From: Armatimonadota bacterium
GTDB lineage: Bacteria > Armatimonadota > Armatimonadia > Armatimonadales > Capsulimonadaceae
Direction: 5' to 3'
Assembly: GCA_019239955.1 (NCBI GenBank)
Contig: JAFAZD010000348.1
Location: forward strand, 21,176 to 85,175
DNA length: 64,000 nucleotides
The translations under genes were made by a program, and so were the position numbers. Below the pieces are notes generated by a model. That model saw nothing but the letters and a program-made list of their open reading frames with translations. It did not search any database and was not told the origin of the DNA. Shown piece by piece: positions 62,598-64,000 of this stretch; the first letter of the stretch is position 1; every line of letters starts with the position of its first letter.

Positions 62598-62810
62598 ATG
62601 AATAACCCAGGACAACAAGCGTTCCATGTTGATCGCCGGCCTGGCCGGCCGCTGATGGGCAAAGAGCGGCGTGTGACGCTCACCTTGACTATGGACCCGG
62701 GCGTCGCGGATCAACTGAGGGAGCTTGCCTATCGCCACGATCTCTCATGCTCGCGCTTCGTAGAAATGCTGGCGATTGAGCTGCTCAACAGCAACCGCCG
62801 CAATCAATAG
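62598..62810 (+). CDS. Ribbon-helix-helix (CopG/Arc-like) DNA-binding protein inserted between cas3 and cas8e.
   Basis: Beta strand RVTLTLTMD, then helices PGVADQLRELAYRHDLS and CSRFVEMLAIELL. GAGGAG Shine-Dalgarno. Low-G+C segment. Confidence 0.7.
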   Translation: MNNPGQQAFHVDRRPGRPLMGKERRVTLTLTMDPGVADQLRELAYRHDLSCSRFVEMLAIELLNSNRRNQ

Positions 62811-62909
62811 ACTTCTTGCAGAAGGGCAACCACGCAGGGCCGCCCCTACACCGGCAATTCCGTAGGGGCAGTCCTGCGTAACCGCCCTGTCATCCCTTCT
62901 GCAAGAGGT
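62811..62909 (+). promoter_or_regulatory. ~95-nt imperfect nested hairpin whose 3' arm covers the cas8e Shine-Dalgarno.
   Basis: ACTTCTTGCAGAAGGG (62811-62826) pairs with CCCTTCTGCAAGAGGT (62894-62909). Inner stems: ACGCAGG/CCTGCGT and GCCCCTAC/GTAGGGGC. Confidence 0.4.
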
Positions 62910-62912
62910 CTA

Positions 62913-64000
62913 ATGAGGATCACGATGAACTACAACGTCATCAATGACCCCTTCATTCCCGTCCTGGATTTGGACGGTCAGCCGCACGAGTTGGGTCTGC
63001 GCGAACTCCTGCGGCGTGCGCCCATGCTCCGCGCCGTCCAGGACCCGTCTCCTACCGTGGAGTTCGGCCTGTACCGCCTCCTCACGGCGCTGGTGCTGGA
63101 CATCTTCCGGCCCCGCAACACCGAGGACCTCGCCGACCTGCTGGACGCCGGCACGTTCGACATGGCCGCGGCCGACGCCTACTTCCAGCGCTACGCCAAC
63201 CGCTTCGACCTGTTCCACCCGCAGCACCCGTTCTTGCAGACCGGCGGCATGACCGCCGAGGCGGACAAGCCCCTCGCTGCCCTGCTGCCCACCCTGCCGT
63301 CCGGTACCAACGCCGGCCACTTCCACCACGCCCACGAGAAGGATTTCGGCGTCAGCCCCGCCGCCGCCGCCCGTCTCCTCACCCTGATGGCCCCGTTCAT
63401 GACCGCCGGCGGGGCCGGGCTGGCGCCGTCCATCAACGGCGCCCCGCCCTGGTACGTTCTGATCGGCGGGCGCAACCTGTTCGAGACCCTCTGCCTCAAC
63501 TGCCCCGTCCCGCCGTTCGTCCCCGAGGGACTGACGGACATGCCGCCCGCCTGGCGCAACGACCAGCCACCGGCCACCGACCGCTGCACCCGCACCAGCC
63601 TCCTTGAAGCGCTCACCTGGCGCCCCCGCCGGGTGCAGCTGGTCCCTGGTGAGCCGGGCCGTTGCGCCTTGACCGGGCGGGAAACGCCGACCCTGATCCG
63701 CGCCATGAAGTTCACCGCCGGCGCCTCCTGCGCCCTCACCACCTGGCGCGACCCCAGCGTCGCCTACCGGATCACCAAGGACGGCCCGATCGTCCTGCGG
63801 CCCCAGGAGGGCAAGGAAGTCTGGCGCGACACTGGCCCACTGGCCCTGCTCCATGAAGGGGAAGACGGTCAGGGGGATGCCACCGTACAGTACCAGCGCC
63901 CGCGTCTGGTGGACCAGTTCGCCACGTTGTCCGGTGACGATTGGTGGTCAGGCCGCCCTGACCTCGCGATTGTCCTCTACGGCATGCGTACGGACCTGAA
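62913..64000 (+). CDS. cas8e: Cas8e (Cse1/CasA) large Cascade subunit, type I-E; 3' end lies outside the window.
   Basis: The frame is open from ATG 62913 (alternative 62925) to the window end; the ORF track misses it because no stop is reached. Motifs INDPFIPVLD, LPSGTNAGHFHH, APSINGAPPWYVLIGG, LYGMRTDL. Confidence 0.85.
   Translation, partial: MRITMNYNVINDPFIPVLDLDGQPHELGLRELLRRAPMLRAVQDPSPTVEFGLYRLLTALVLDIFRPRNTEDLADLLDAGTFDMAAADAYFQRYANRFDLFHPQHPFLQTGGMTAEADKPLAALLPTLPSGTNAGHFHHAHEKDFGVSPAAAARLLTLMAPFMTAGGAGLAPSINGAPPWYVLIGGRNLFETLCLNCPVPPFVPEGLTDMPPAWRNDQPPATDRCTRTSLLEALTWRPRRVQLVPGEPGRCALTGRETPTLIRAMKFTAGASCALTTWRDPSVAYRITKDGPIVLRPQEGKEVWRDTGPLALLHEGEDGQGDATVQYQRPRLVDQFATLSGDDWWSGRPDLAIVLYGMRTDL

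Noticed and set aside
1-64000. A CRISPR repeat-spacer array belonging to the type I-E locus.
   Set aside because: No regularly spaced ~28-30-nt repeats were seen anywhere in the window. The array, if present, must lie beyond the remaining cas genes downstream of 64000.

Overview
This is a high-G+C (roughly 70%) bacterial chromosomal window with strong GGAGG-type Shine-Dalgarno usage. Most of the very long ORFs in the six-frame track are antisense or off-frame shadows of real genes. Supported content, left to right. (1) A BlaI-type repressor, an M56 BlaR1-like peptidase, and a radical-SAM/SPASM enzyme whose last SPASM cysteine position is an in-frame TGA. (2) A lower-G+C islet with a Trypco2-like small protein and a cytoplasmic trypsin-like protease carrying an unassigned helical C-terminal domain, flanked by about 1 kb of ORF-poor DNA on each side. 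(3) A five-gene minus-strand operon: two signal-less cell-wall-hydrolase-like proteins, an S1-like pseudo-protease, a large secreted protein and a membrane/IPT protein. (4) A glycan-biosynthesis cluster: a ~1,850-aa methyltransferase/GT2/GT4/GT4/GT2/TPR fusion, a double glycosyltransferase with a SEC-C motif, UDP-galactopyranose mutase, and GT8-like and GT32-like enzymes. (5) An IS graveyard (ISL3, rve-type, IS3, IS982-like and IS1595 fragments) interleaved with an Rhs toxin locus (1,287-aa Rhs, orphan cassettes, small candidate immunity genes, upstream NifU-like and Gly/Pro-rich genes). (6) An integrated plasmid-like element: an iteron-bearing Rep-like gene, ParB, ParA, a DNA methyltransferase, two further winged-helix proteins, a YdjM-like hydrolase, an HTH + Mrr-like nuclease pair and a large serine recombinase. 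(7) Small accessory genes, including CutA and a GNAT/7TM pair. (8) The start of a type I-E CRISPR-Cas locus: a WYL regulator, cas3, an inserted ribbon-helix-helix gene and a partial cas8e. I found no rRNA, tRNA or CRISPR array. All family assignments come from reading motifs in the translations; no database search was run.
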